Positions 10,490 through 21,724 of a DNA stretch of 64,000 nucleotides are shown here, piece after piece. The notes below the pieces were generated by a model. The model saw nothing but the letters and a program-made list of their open reading frames with translations. It was not told where the DNA came from and ran no database searches. This DNA comes from an uncultured Bacillales bacterium (GTDB taxonomy: Bacteria > Bacillota_I > Bacilli_A > RF39 > UBA660). The stretch covers positions 156-64,155 of the forward strand of contig CAMUXV010000002.1 in NCBI GenBank assembly GCA_947164795.1, written 5' to 3'. Position numbers and translations under genes: made by a program. The stretch's first letter is position 1. Each line of letters starts with the position of its first letter.

Positions 10490-10530
10490 TTAGCAATTAC
10501 TATTGACAATTGCTAGAATAGTGCTATAAT
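10490..10530 (+). promoter_or_regulatory. htpG promoter with an overlapping CIRCE-architecture inverted repeat
   Basis: TTAGCAATT-N9-AATTGCTAG (10490-10516) overlaps the -35 TTGACA (10503-10508). Extended -10 TGCTATAAT ends at 10530, with a 16-nt spacer. A near-identical 41-nt element lies at 57232-57272. Confidence 0.6.
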
Positions 10531-10561
10531 GTACTTGTAAGATGAAAGAAGGAATACACAA

Positions 10562-12442
10562 ATGAAGAAAAGAGAATTTAAAACAGAGAGTAAAAAAGTA
10601 TTAGATTTAATGATCAATTCTATATATACCAATAAAGAAATCTTTTTAAGAGAATTAATATCTAATGCCAGTGATGCCATTGATAAGTTATATTTTAAGT
10701 CACTTACAGATAAAAATATCAAAGTAAATAAGAATGATTTAGAAATTAGAATAGACGTAGATAAAGAAAAAAGAATACTTAGTATATCAGATACTGGCTG
10801 TGGTATGAATGAGGAAGAATTAGAAAAGAATTTAGGTACAATTGCCGAATCTGGTTCTCTAAAATTTAGAGAAGAAAATGCTAATCAAGATGACGTAAAT
10901 ATAATAGGTCAGTTTGGTGTTGGATTCTATTCAGCCTTTATGGTAAGCAAGAAAGTAGTCGTAGAGTCTCATCCATATAATGAAGATAACTCTTATATAT
11001 GGGAAAGTGAAGGAGTAGAAGGTTATACTCTATCTAAAGGAAATAGAAAAGAAGTAGGTACTACAATTACTTTGTATTTAAAAGATGATACTGATGATAT
11101 TAAGTATAGTGATTATTTAGAAGAGTATAAGTTAAGAGGCATTATTAAGAAATATTCCGATTATATAAGTTATCCTATTAAAATGATGGTTACTAATACA
11201 AGAAAAAAAGAAAATTCAGATGAATATGAGGAATATAAAGAATTAGAAACATTAAACAGTATGATACCTATATGGAAAAAAGATAAGAAAAAGATAACTG
11301 AGGAAGACTATAATAATTTTTATACAGATAAATTCTTTGATTATGAAAAGCCATTAAAAGTAATGCACTTTAATATTGAGGGTAATGTTAACTTTACGGC
11401 ACTACTTTATATTCCAAGCCATGCTCCGTATAATTACTATACTAAGGATTATGAAAAAGGACTACAATTATATACAAATGGTGTCCTAATAATGGATAAA
11501 GCAAGTGATCTACTACCAGACTATTATAGCTTTATAAAAGGTGTTATTGATACTGAAGATATTCCTCTTAATATATCTAGAGAAACACTTCAAAATGATA
11601 AAAATATTAAACTTATTGCTAAGGCAATTGAAAATAAAATTAAAAAAGAACTTATTGATATGATTAAAGAAGATCGAAATAAGTATGAAGAATTTTATAA
11701 AGTGTTTGGTAATCAGTTAAAGTTTGGTATATATAATGATTATGGTATTAATAAAGATAAATTAATTGATTTACTTATGTTTTATTCTTCTAAAGATAAA
11801 AAATTAATTACTTTAAAAGAATACACAGATAAATTAAAAGAAGAAGATAAAAATATTTATTATGCATGTGGTGAAACTATCGATAAGATCGATATGCTAC
11901 CTCAAGTTGAAAAAGTAAAAGACAAGTATGAAGTATTATATTTAACTGATTACGTTGATGAATTTGCTATTATGACATTAAATGAATATGCAGGAAAGAA
12001 ATTTATTAATGTATCTAGTGATAAAAATGATATTTCTACTGAAGAAGAAAAGGAAGAAATAAAGAAAGAAAATGATAATTCCAAAGAATTATTAGAATAC
12101 ATGAAAAATATCTTAAAAGATTATGTTAAAGATGTAAAATTCACTAATGAATTAAAGAGTCATCCTGTATGCTTAGTTACTGAGGGAGAAGTATCTACTT
12201 CGATGGAAAAGGTAATTAATGCGATGCCTACTGATGAAAAGATTAGTGCTAATGAAATATTAGAAATAAATATTAATCATAAAATTAGTGATAAATTAAA
12301 AGACTTATTTAATAATAATAAAGATGAACTTACTAAATACACTAAGGTTATTTATTATGAAGCAAGATTAATTGAAGGACTTCCTATCGAAAATCCTACT
12401 GAACTAAGTAATCTTATGTGTGATATAATGGCAAACAAATAA
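10562..12442 (+). CDS. htpG: Molecular chaperone HtpG (Hsp90)
   Basis: 626 aa. N-terminal GHKL ATPase motifs IFLRELISNASDAIDK, DTGCGM, GQFGVGFYSAFMV. Confidence 0.95.
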   Translation: MKKREFKTESKKVLDLMINSIYTNKEIFLRELISNASDAIDKLYFKSLTDKNIKVNKNDLEIRIDVDKEKRILSISDTGCGMNEEELEKNLGTIAESGSLKFREENANQDDVNIIGQFGVGFYSAFMVSKKVVVESHPYNEDNSYIWESEGVEGYTLSKGNRKEVGTTITLYLKDDTDDIKYSDYLEEYKLRGIIKKYSDYISYPIKMMVTNTRKKENSDEYEEYKELETLNSMIPIWKKDKKKITEEDYNNFYTDKFFDYEKPLKVMHFNIEGNVNFTALLYIPSHAPYNYYTKDYEKGLQLYTNGVLIMDKASDLLPDYYSFIKGVIDTEDIPLNISRETLQNDKNIKLIAKAIENKIKKELIDMIKEDRNKYEEFYKVFGNQLKFGIYNDYGINKDKLIDLLMFYSSKDKKLITLKEYTDKLKEEDKNIYYACGETIDKIDMLPQVEKVKDKYEVLYLTDYVDEFAIMTLNEYAGKKFINVSSDKNDISTEEEKEEIKKENDNSKELLEYMKNILKDYVKDVKFTNELKSHPVCLVTEGEVSTSMEKVINAMPTDEKISANEILEININHKISDKLKDLFNNNKDELTKYTKVIYYEARLIEGLPIENPTELSNLMCDIMANK

Positions 12443-12469
12443 AAAAATTAAGAAAGGAAAGTGATTTAT

Positions 12470-12847
12470 ATGTTGCCAAGTAGATTGTTTTTTGATGATA
12501 GTTTCTTTAAAGGAGAAGACAAAGTAAAGACAGATGTTTATGAGAAAGAAGGTAAAATCTTCGTAGAAATGGAAGCTCCTGGATATTCTAAGGATAATGT
12601 CAACATTTCTATAGATAAAGGTGAACTTTCTGTTACATTTGAAAAAAATGAAGAAGAAGAAGAAAATAAGAAATATCTTCATAGAGAAAGAAAATGCTAT
12701 TCAAGTGTAACCAGAACATTCTATCTAGGAGATGTATCTGAAGATGAAATAGAAGCAAGTTTTAAGAATGGTGTACTTCTTATTAGTGCTCCTAAAAAGA
12801 AAGAAATTGAAACTAAGAAAACTATTAGTATTAAAGACTTTGAATAG
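12470..12847 (+). CDS. Small heat-shock protein (Hsp20/alpha-crystallin family)
   Basis: Alpha-crystallin-like core ...VEMEAPGYSKDNVNISIDKGELSV...FKNGVLLISAPKK. The ATG at 12470 is preferred over the GTG at 12461 on RBS spacing. 18-27 nt after htpG, so probably co-transcribed. Confidence 0.85.
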   Translation: MLPSRLFFDDSFFKGEDKVKTDVYEKEGKIFVEMEAPGYSKDNVNISIDKGELSVTFEKNEEEEENKKYLHRERKCYSSVTRTFYLGDVSEDEIEASFKNGVLLISAPKKKEIETKKTISIKDFE

Positions 12848-12860
12848 AAGTCTTTTTTTA
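12833..12860 (+). terminator. Rho-independent terminator after hsp20
   Basis: AAAGACTT-TGAATAG-AAGTCTTT followed by TTTT. Confidence 0.7.
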
Positions 12861-12875
12861 TGTACATACAAATAT

Positions 12876-12904
12876 TTGACTTTTAAGGTATAATGTATTA
12901 TAAT
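12876..12904 (+). promoter_or_regulatory. Sigma-A-type promoter for the 12930-13927 gene pair
   Basis: TTGACT (12876-12881), 17 nt, TATAAT (12899-12904). Confidence 0.5.
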
Positions 12905-12929
12905 AACTATTCAATTAAGGAGGATTATT

Positions 12930-13199
12930 ATGGGTAGAAATGAAGTAAAACTAGGTTTATTAAAAAAAGAAGAAACACTTAAATATTTAAAATATATTAA
13001 AAGTATTTTAGTAGAAGATCATGAAATGGTTGATTATATCGATTATATACCATTTTCTTATGATGAATATATGTTAAAAGAAATGTGCGATAAAGAGGGT
13101 ATCGATATGAGATATTCATCATCATATTCTGTAGAAGGAAAGTATAATCCATACATGCCACTTGATAAATTAACCTTTAGTAGAAAGAGAGTAAAATAA
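12930..13199 (+). CDS. Hypothetical protein (89 aa)
   Basis: AAGGAGG RBS before the ATG. Translationally coupled (2-nt gap) to the next ORF. No motif recognised. Confidence 0.5.
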   Translation: MGRNEVKLGLLKKEETLKYLKYIKSILVEDHEMVDYIDYIPFSYDEYMLKEMCDKEGIDMRYSSSYSVEGKYNPYMPLDKLTFSRKRVK

Positions 13200-13201
13200 T
13201 T

Positions 13202-13900
13202 ATGGCTTACTATTTTACTATTAGAAATAAAAATGAATATAAATCAATTAATTTAACTAATCATCCAAGTTTTGAAAGAACATCAAAATTTCAAGGAGAT
13301 AGATTTAGTTTAGATGAAATAGACAAATTTACATCTAATTATGCTAATGAATTAGCATTAAGGGAAAGTTTATATTTTTATGGATTATTAGATGAAGAAG
13401 AGGCATTTAAAGAAATATCAATAAGAATGAAAAGCAAAGGTGAATTATCTAAAGTTAAATATAGCCCAGTATATGAAGATTCTGCTAAATATTTAGATAC
13501 AGAATACTTAAGTTACAAGCTAAAATCATTTAGTAAAGATTTTAACTTTCTTAATAAGTTTTTAACTTATTACCGTAATAGTAGTGTAAATAACGATATT
13601 GTATGTGCAATAAGATCATACACTCTAGGTAACAGCGAATTAGATATATATATATTGATTGATGAATTTATTAATAGAGAATTATATAATAGAAGATACA
13701 ATATAGAAAAACATTGTTATGATTATATATCAATCAAATATAAATCTCTTCATGATTTAGCAATGTTCATTTATAACTATGAAAATAGCTCCGAAATGAG
13801 CAAAAGTGAAATTAATGATGAACTAAATAATTTTATTAATTATCTAAAACAAGATACAATAATTAATAAACCAAAAGTAAAAACAAGAAAGAAAATTTTA

Positions 13901-13927
<27 letters not shown>
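13202..13927 (+). CDS. Hypothetical protein (241 aa)
   Basis: Long ORF tightly coupled to 12930..13199, followed by a hairpin plus T-run. No motif recognised. Confidence 0.55.
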
Positions 13928-15975
<2,048 letters not shown>

Positions 15976-15977
<2 letters not shown>

Positions 15978-15999
15978 GTATCAAATGATACCTTTTTTT
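15976..15999 (+). terminator. Rho-independent terminator after ligA
   Basis: AGGTATCA-AA-TGATACCT followed by TTTTTT. Confidence 0.75.
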
Positions 16000-16024
16000 C
16001 ATATAATTATACTAGGTGATACTC

Positions 16025-16378
16025 ATGTCCAATATTGACAATTTTAAAAACTTTGTTAGAAAAAATCCATCTCTTATTGACTATGTAAAAGAAGGTAAAA
16101 ATACATGGCAAGAATTTTATGAACTATATGATTTATATAAAGAGGATTTGAATATTTGGGATAAATATTTAAAAAAAGAAACAAGAGAAAATAATAATTT
16201 TAATATAAATAATATTTTAGATTACGCCAAAAACATTAATGTAAATAAATTACAAGATGGGATAACCTCTATTCAAAAAGCAATAGATTTATTTGGGGGA
16301 ATGCTAACTAAGGATAATACAAAAGTGGAAAACAATAGTTACAGACCAAGACCAGTTTATAGGAGATTCGATGATTAG
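16025..16378 (+). CDS. YlbD-like protein
   Basis: IDNFKNFVRKNPSLIDYVKEGKNTWQEFYELYDLYKEDLNIWDKY is collinear with my recollection of B. subtilis YlbD (VEEFKKFVKKHPKLIKEVRKEQRSWQDVYENW...IWDPY). Followed by a ylbE-like gene, as in Bacillus. Confidence 0.65.
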   Translation: MSNIDNFKNFVRKNPSLIDYVKEGKNTWQEFYELYDLYKEDLNIWDKYLKKETRENNNFNINNILDYAKNINVNKLQDGITSIQKAIDLFGGMLTKDNTKVENNSYRPRPVYRRFDD

Positions 16379-16599
16379 TGACTATTGATATACAGATGAG
16401 AATAAATAATGACTTGAGACTAAAAAAATTCATAAGAGAAAAACCTATATGGTATAAATATTTAAATCGTAATCCCGATATCTTTAAAAATTTTATAAGC
16501 GATATGAAAGCTACCTATAAATTAAATACTAGTGATAAAATTTCTAAAACAATGGATAACCTATCCATGATTCAAGCTTTCTTAGATGTACTAAAATAG
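16378..16599 (+). CDS. YlbE-like protein
   Basis: LKKFIREKPIWYKYLNRNPDIFKNF resembles YlbE (KQFIREQPYWYRKLSRNP...). The GTG start overlaps the ylbD stop (TAGTG). Confidence 0.6.
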   Translation: MTIDIQMRINNDLRLKKFIREKPIWYKYLNRNPDIFKNFISDMKATYKLNTSDKISKTMDNLSMIQAFLDVLK

Positions 16600-16684
16600 T
16601 AAAAATATAAAAATATAATAATAAAATGCAAAACGCTCTTTAAAAAAAATAAAATTCGTGGTAATATTAATATGGTGATTGATT

Positions 16685-17179
16685 ATGCATTCATATCTAG
16701 TAGAATATTTAAATGAAAATGAATTTAAGAAAAAAGAAAGAAGTCTAAAAAAATATAATATGTTAGCATTTAAAGAATTAGTTTTTAAATGTGTACCCGC
16801 TCTTAGAAATGGTGAATTTCAAGGAGAAATAGTTAGTAAAAATAGTAAAGAAGGAATTACTAAATATAAGTATAAATTACCAACAGATCATTTGTTTTCT
16901 AAAGTACATGGAGATATTTATTTACATTATACTTTATATGAGAATCAAAAATTAATAATGTTAGATACTTTGACACCAGAAGAATTATTATCAGAAGGCC
17001 ATCAAAAAGAATTAACGGCATATAAAGGAGTAATGTTATCTAAAAGTCATGCTGAAAGAGATATGTTTAAAATTAATTTACTTAATAGCATGAATAAAAA
17101 TGGCTTCTTCAATAGTAAAATACTAATAGGAGTAGTATTAATACTATTAATAGTAATACTATATTTTATCTTTAGATAG
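16685..17179 (+). CDS. Hypothetical protein with a C-terminal transmembrane helix (164 aa)
   Basis: ATG at 16685 sits 6 nt after GGTGA. Hydrophobic tail ILIGVVLILLIVILYFIF. Confidence 0.5.
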   Translation: MHSYLVEYLNENEFKKKERSLKKYNMLAFKELVFKCVPALRNGEFQGEIVSKNSKEGITKYKYKLPTDHLFSKVHGDIYLHYTLYENQKLIMLDTLTPEELLSEGHQKELTAYKGVMLSKSHAERDMFKINLLNSMNKNGFFNSKILIGVVLILLIVILYFIFR

Positions 17180-17189
17180 GGGGATTAAC

Positions 17190-17624
17190 ATGCAAGATAG
17201 TATAATAGCAATAGAATTATTAAATAAAATTAACAATGAAAAAATAGTAATAAATGATATAAGAAAAATATTTAATAATGTTGAAAATGCCATTATTAGA
17301 AATATGTATAGTGATGGTAGTATTATGAATATGTTTGATAAAGAAACAGGTGATGAAGTAGTAACATTAACTAATAAAGGTAAAATAATTATTTTTAATG
17401 ACAAATATAAGGATAAAATACTTAATTTTAGTGCACTACTGGAAGATAAAGGATATAATACCTGCTATATAGTTGATTATTTAAAAACTTGCAATTTAGA
17501 TGATGATATTAATAATATATTATCACTAGAAAGTTTTGATGTCTTCATACATAACATTAATTTACTAAATAATAATTCTGGAATAGCTAGAAGAATTCTT
17601 ATAAAAAATAGAAATATAGGATAA
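17190..17624 (+). CDS. Hypothetical protein (144 aa)
   Basis: GGGGGA RBS. 10-nt gap after the previous ORF. No motif recognised. Confidence 0.5.
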   Translation: MQDSIIAIELLNKINNEKIVINDIRKIFNNVENAIIRNMYSDGSIMNMFDKETGDEVVTLTNKGKIIIFNDKYKDKILNFSALLEDKGYNTCYIVDYLKTCNLDDDINNILSLESFDVFIHNINLLNNNSGIARRILIKNRNIG

Positions 17625-17655
17625 AAAAATATGTCTACTATGACATATTTTTTAT
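17624..17655. terminator. Bidirectional terminator between convergent 17190..17624 and def
   Basis: AAATATGTC-TACTAT-GACATATTT flanked by an A-run and a T-run. Confidence 0.65.
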
Positions 17656-18200
17656 ATTTCTCTCATATTATCGGCATCTTTATATGGATTTTTAGGATCG
17701 ATATAATCTATAAATAAAATTCCATTTAAATGATCCAGTTCGTGTTGAAAAGCAATAGCAAGATCTTCACGTACTCGATATTTTTGTAAATTCCCATCCA
17801 TATCGTATGCTTCAACTGAAATCCTTGCATGTCTTGGTACAATACCTTCAACTTCTCTATTAACACTAAGGCATCCTTCACCTTCGCCAGCATAAATCAT
17901 TTCCTCAGAGTAAGATATCACTTTAGGATTAATAAGAACATAATCTTCAAACTTTCCCTTATCCCTTTCGTAGCAGACCACAAAGAACCTTTCATTAATA
18001 CCAAGTTGAGGAGCTGCTAGTCCCATACCTGGCCTTAAATTGTATTTCTTTGATAGTTTTTCTATTTGTGAATACCTTAAATGTTTTAACATCTCAGGTA
18101 TTATATTTTTATTAGTTTCATTAAGAGGGAAAGTAACATCAGTATTTTCAGCTCTAACTCGAGAATCAGATTCATCTAAAATATCTTTAGTTCTAAGCAT
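17652..18200 (-). CDS. def: Peptide deformylase
   Basis: Motifs GLAAPQLG, EGCLS, HELDHLNG. The second ATG (18200) is preferred because the RBS GAAAGGG abuts the first ATG (18209). Confidence 0.9.
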   Translation of the reverse strand: MLRTKDILDESDSRVRAENTDVTFPLNETNKNIIPEMLKHLRYSQIEKLSKKYNLRPGMGLAAPQLGINERFFVVCYERDKGKFEDYVLINPKVISYSEEMIYAGEGEGCLSVNREVEGIVPRHARISVEAYDMDGNLQKYRVREDLAIAFQHELDHLNGILFIDYIDPKNPYKDADNMREI

Positions 18201-18242
18201 AAAAACCATCCCTTTCTTTTCGCTAATATTTTAACACAAAAA

Positions 18243-18268
18243 CAAAAAAAAGGGAAGAGTTTTCCCTT
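18243..18268 (-). terminator. Rho-independent terminator after the YjcZ-like gene
   Basis: On the minus strand: AAGGGAA-AACTC-TTCCCTT followed by TTTTTTTT. Confidence 0.7.
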
Positions 18269-18275
18269 AATTTAA

Positions 18276-18461
18276 TTATAGACTAAATCTAGAACCAATT
18301 ATGATAACAAGTAGAATAAATAGAACCAAAATTATAGCAAAGTTATTACCATATCCGTATCCGCCATATCCATATCCGCCACCATAAGATGGGCAGCATA
18401 ATGTTGGTTGCTGGCAGCAGCTATTTCCGTATCCTCCAGAATATCCACCATAATAATACAT
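18276..18461 (-). CDS. YjcZ-like tiny Gly/Tyr-rich sporulation membrane protein (61 aa)
   Basis: [29 protein letters not shown] matches the 'tiny TM' YjcZ pattern (G/Y-rich head plus FALIVVLFILLIIVG-type helix). Strong GGAGGTG RBS. Confidence 0.6.
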   Translation of the reverse strand: MYYYGGYSGGYGNSCCQQPTLCCPSYGGGYGYGGYGYGNNFAIILVLFILLVIIIGSRFSL

Positions 18462-18565
18462 GTTAACACCTCCTAGTAAGATATCTAATATAGTATAGTC
18501 AGAAATTAAAAATTGGTTCGTTTATTTTACCTAGAATATTTTTATTAATTTAATTAATAATAATA

Positions 18566-20041
18566 ATGGTGAATAAGATGAAAAATAAAAGTATATGGAT
18601 AAATAAGGATGATAATGATATTGAAGATTCTCTAGAGGAAAATATAGAATGTGACATTCTTATAGTAGGTGGAGGTATCGCAGGGCTTAGTACTGCTTAT
18701 TATTTAAAAGATAGTAATAAAAAGGTAGTACTAATTGATAAGGATAGAATAGGCTATGGAGCAACATCTAAGAATACTGGTAAATTAGATTATATGCAAG
18801 GATTAATATATCATAAAATTGAAAAGAATTATAATAAAGAAATAGCTAAAATATATTTAGAGAGTCAAAAGGAAGCTATTAATGAGGTAGTTAACATTAT
18901 TAAAAAAAATAAAATTAATTGTCATTTAGAGAAAGTTAATTCTTATGTATTTAGTGGTAATATTAATGATGAGAAAGATTTTAATAAAGAGATAGAGTTT
19001 TATAAGGATAATAATATTGATTATAAAATTGAAAGTAGTTTACCTATCAGTTATCCCTCTAGTATTGTGCTTAGTACTAATAATAATTATGTATTTAATC
19101 CTTATGAATATATGATGGGATTAAAAGGTATTATCAAAGATAAAATTAAGATATATGAGAATACTAAGTGTACGAGTATTGATAAAAAGGATGATTACTA
19201 TAAATGTTTAATAGAAGATAAGTATGAAATAAAAGCCAAATATGTTGTATGTGCTACTCATTATCCTATTTTTATAGTACCATTTCTAATACCATTTAAA
19301 ACAGAAGTACAAAACTTCTATATAGGAGCTTTCCAAGTAAATGATACTAAAAATATATCAATACTATCTTATAATAAACCAATAATATCGATGAGGTATT
19401 ATGATAAATATTTCCTATATGGAAGAAGAAGTCATTCATCTAGTACTGATTTAGATATAAGAAAAGACCTAGATTGTATAAAAATTGAAGTAAAGAAATA
19501 TTGGAATAAAGATATCGAATATTTTTATCATACAAATGATATCATGACATATGATAATCTACCTTTTATAGGTGAAATATCTCCAAATTTATATATAGCC
19601 ACTGGCTTCAATAAATGGGGTAATACTAATGGTACAATATCAGGCAGAGTAATAAGAGACTTAATAAATAAAAAGGATAATAAATATATCCAATTATTTA
19701 ATCCTAAAAGAGGAATATCATTAGATAAAATAAAGAACATACCATTATATAATATCAAAGTAAGTACTAGATATATTTTAAATAAAATTAATCCTCATAT
19801 GAATTACTATGATAAGAATGTTAAAATTAAATTTATCAACGGTAAAAGATGTGGTATATATACTGATGATGATGGTAAAGAACATATAGTAAGTAATATA
19901 TGTCCCCATATGAAATGCAATTTAATATTTAATTATGTAGATAAAACTTGGGATTGCCCATGCCATGGTTCAAGATTTACTGTTGACGGAGATATAATTG
20001 AAGGACCTTCTGTATATAGTATTAAAATAAAAGAAGAATAA
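18566..20041 (+). CDS. FAD-dependent oxidoreductase with a C-terminal Rieske [2Fe-2S] domain (YhfW-like)
   Basis: N-terminal dinucleotide fold ILIVGGGIAGLSTAYYL. C-terminal CPHMKC...CPCHGSRF Rieske motif. Start ambiguous (18566 or 18578). Confidence 0.8.
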   Translation: MVNKMKNKSIWINKDDNDIEDSLEENIECDILIVGGGIAGLSTAYYLKDSNKKVVLIDKDRIGYGATSKNTGKLDYMQGLIYHKIEKNYNKEIAKIYLESQKEAINEVVNIIKKNKINCHLEKVNSYVFSGNINDEKDFNKEIEFYKDNNIDYKIESSLPISYPSSIVLSTNNNYVFNPYEYMMGLKGIIKDKIKIYENTKCTSIDKKDDYYKCLIEDKYEIKAKYVVCATHYPIFIVPFLIPFKTEVQNFYIGAFQVNDTKNISILSYNKPIISMRYYDKYFLYGRRSHSSSTDLDIRKDLDCIKIEVKKYWNKDIEYFYHTNDIMTYDNLPFIGEISPNLYIATGFNKWGNTNGTISGRVIRDLINKKDNKYIQLFNPKRGISLDKIKNIPLYNIKVSTRYILNKINPHMNYYDKNVKIKFINGKRCGIYTDDDGKEHIVSNICPHMKCNLIFNYVDKTWDCPCHGSRFTVDGDIIEGPSVYSIKIKEE

Positions 20042-20079
20042 ATAGATATTTAAAGCATAGTTTTTACTAGGGTGAGATT

Positions 20080-21231
20080 ATGAAAAAAATATTACTATTT
20101 ACCTTCTTCATATTTATACCAGTATTAGTAAAAGCAGAAGATATTGAAGATTTAGCTCCTAATGCTAGTAGTGCAATTATGATTGAGGCTTCTACAGGAG
20201 AAATATTATTCCAAAAGAATCCAAATGAAAAGCTAGCTCCCGCATCTATGACAAAGATGATGAGTCTATTACTTATATTTGAAGAGATAGATAAAGGAAA
20301 TATCAAATGGGATGAAATGATAACTACTTCTGAGCATGCATCAAGTATGGGAGGAAGTCAAATATTTTTAAAAGTAGGAGAAAAAATGAGTGCACTCGAT
20401 ATGATAAAAGGAATAACAATAGCATCAGGAAATGATGCAACAGTAGCAATGGCCGAAAGAGTATCTGGTACTGAAGAATCTTTTGTTAAAAGAATGAATG
20501 AAAGAGCAAAAGAGTTAGGACTTAAGAACACTAATTTTATTAATGCTACTGGACTTGATGCCGATAATCATTATTCAAGTGCTTATGATATGTCACTAAT
20601 TGCTAAAGAACTAGTAAAACATGAAAAAGTACTAGAGTTTAGTAGTACCTATGAAGATTATTTAAGAAAAGACACTTCTAATCCATTTTGGCTAGTCAAC
20701 ACTAATCGATTAGTAAAGTTTTATCCAGAGATTGACGGATTAAAAACAGGATTTACCAGTAGCGCAAAATATTGTTTGACTGCCACTGCTAAAAAAGACG
20801 GAATGCGATTAATAACAGTAGTGATGAATGAACCAGATACAGGCAAAAGAAGTTCTGATACAAAAAAGATGCTAGATTATGGTTTTAATATATATGGGGT
20901 AAAGAATATTATTGATGAAAATACTATTATTGAAAAAAAAGAAGTAGAACTAGGTGAAATAAAGGTTGCCGATATTGTGCCTAAAGAAACAATAACAATA
21001 CTAAGCAAAAAATCTGATAAAGAGAGAGATATAACATATAAAACAAATATAAATAGATTAATAGCCCCAATAAAAAAAGGAGATGTAGTAGGTACTATAG
21101 ATATACTAGAGAATAATAAAAAGATATCAGAAGTAGATGCTACAGTTAAAGAAGATATAAAGAAAGCAAATATATTTAAAATATTTTTAAGGAACTTAAA
21201 GGGGGTACTAAGTACTAAATTAGTTTTTTAA
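20080..21231 (+). CDS. dacF: D-alanyl-D-alanine carboxypeptidase (PBP5 family; DacF-like by context)
   Basis: Signal peptide, then SMTKMM (SxxK), SGND (SxN) and KTGFT (KTG). Sits directly upstream of spoIIAA and sigF-like genes, as in the Bacillus dacF-spoIIA region. Confidence 0.8.
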   Translation: MKKILLFTFFIFIPVLVKAEDIEDLAPNASSAIMIEASTGEILFQKNPNEKLAPASMTKMMSLLLIFEEIDKGNIKWDEMITTSEHASSMGGSQIFLKVGEKMSALDMIKGITIASGNDATVAMAERVSGTEESFVKRMNERAKELGLKNTNFINATGLDADNHYSSAYDMSLIAKELVKHEKVLEFSSTYEDYLRKDTSNPFWLVNTNRLVKFYPEIDGLKTGFTSSAKYCLTATAKKDGMRLITVVMNEPDTGKRSSDTKKMLDYGFNIYGVKNIIDENTIIEKKEVELGEIKVADIVPKETITILSKKSDKERDITYKTNINRLIAPIKKGDVVGTIDILENNKKISEVDATVKEDIKKANIFKIFLRNLKGVLSTKLVF

Positions 21232-21297
21232 TAAAAATATAAAGAAAATTATCAAATTTTTACAATTTTCGAAAAAAAAGTTGTATATATATTATAG

Positions 21298-21320
21298 GAA
21301 GCAAATATGCTTCTTTTTTT
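21298..21320 (+). terminator. Rho-independent terminator after dacF
   Basis: GAAGCA-AATA-TGCTTC followed by TTTTTTT. Confidence 0.75.
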
Positions 21321-21413
21321 GCACAAAAAATGTCGATTAAAATAAATAACTAGTTTTGTCGAATTAAACTTTTATTTAGGAAAATATGATAAATTGTAAA
21401 GGAGGTGAATATA

Positions 21414-21722
21414 TTGCTAAAGACAAATTTAGAATTTAGTAGAGGAATACTCTTTGTAAGATTAAAAGGTGATTTAAATAGAAGTACCATCAAAGAACTA
21501 AAAATTAAAGACTTTAAATTCATTGTCTTAAATATTAACAATATGTATTCTATAGATAGTTATAGTATTAAATATTTAAATAAGATTTATAAAAAATATC
21601 AAGATAAGGATAGAAAAATGATTATATGTGATAAATTTAATATCTCTCAAAAACTATTAAAAGATATACCCAAAATTAATGAAGAATACGATGCATATAA
21701 ATTATTTGAAAGGATGATTTAA
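21414..21722 (+). CDS. spoIIAA: Anti-sigma-F antagonist SpoIIAA-like STAS protein
   Basis: Collinear with SpoIIAA: GILFVRLKGDLNRSTIKELK / FIVLNINNMYSIDSYSIKYL (Bacillus: LCIRLTGELDHHTAETLK / IVLNLEDLSFMDSSGLGVIL). The Asp-Ser of the phosphorylation site is retained. A TTG at 21414 sits 6 nt after AGGAGGTG, whereas the track GTG at 21405 lies inside the RBS. Confidence 0.7.
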   Translation: MLKTNLEFSRGILFVRLKGDLNRSTIKELKIKDFKFIVLNINNMYSIDSYSIKYLNKIYKKYQDKDRKMIICDKFNISQKLLKDIPKINEEYDAYKLFERMI

Positions 21723-21724
21723 TA

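Noticed and set aside
21321-21413. I looked for a sigma-H-type promoter (AGGAWWW-N12-14-GAAT) upstream of spoIIAA, as in the Bacillus spoIIA operon.
   Set aside because: A GAAT (gtcGAATta) and an AGGAAAA are present, but in the wrong order and spacing. No convincing match, so no promoter is called.
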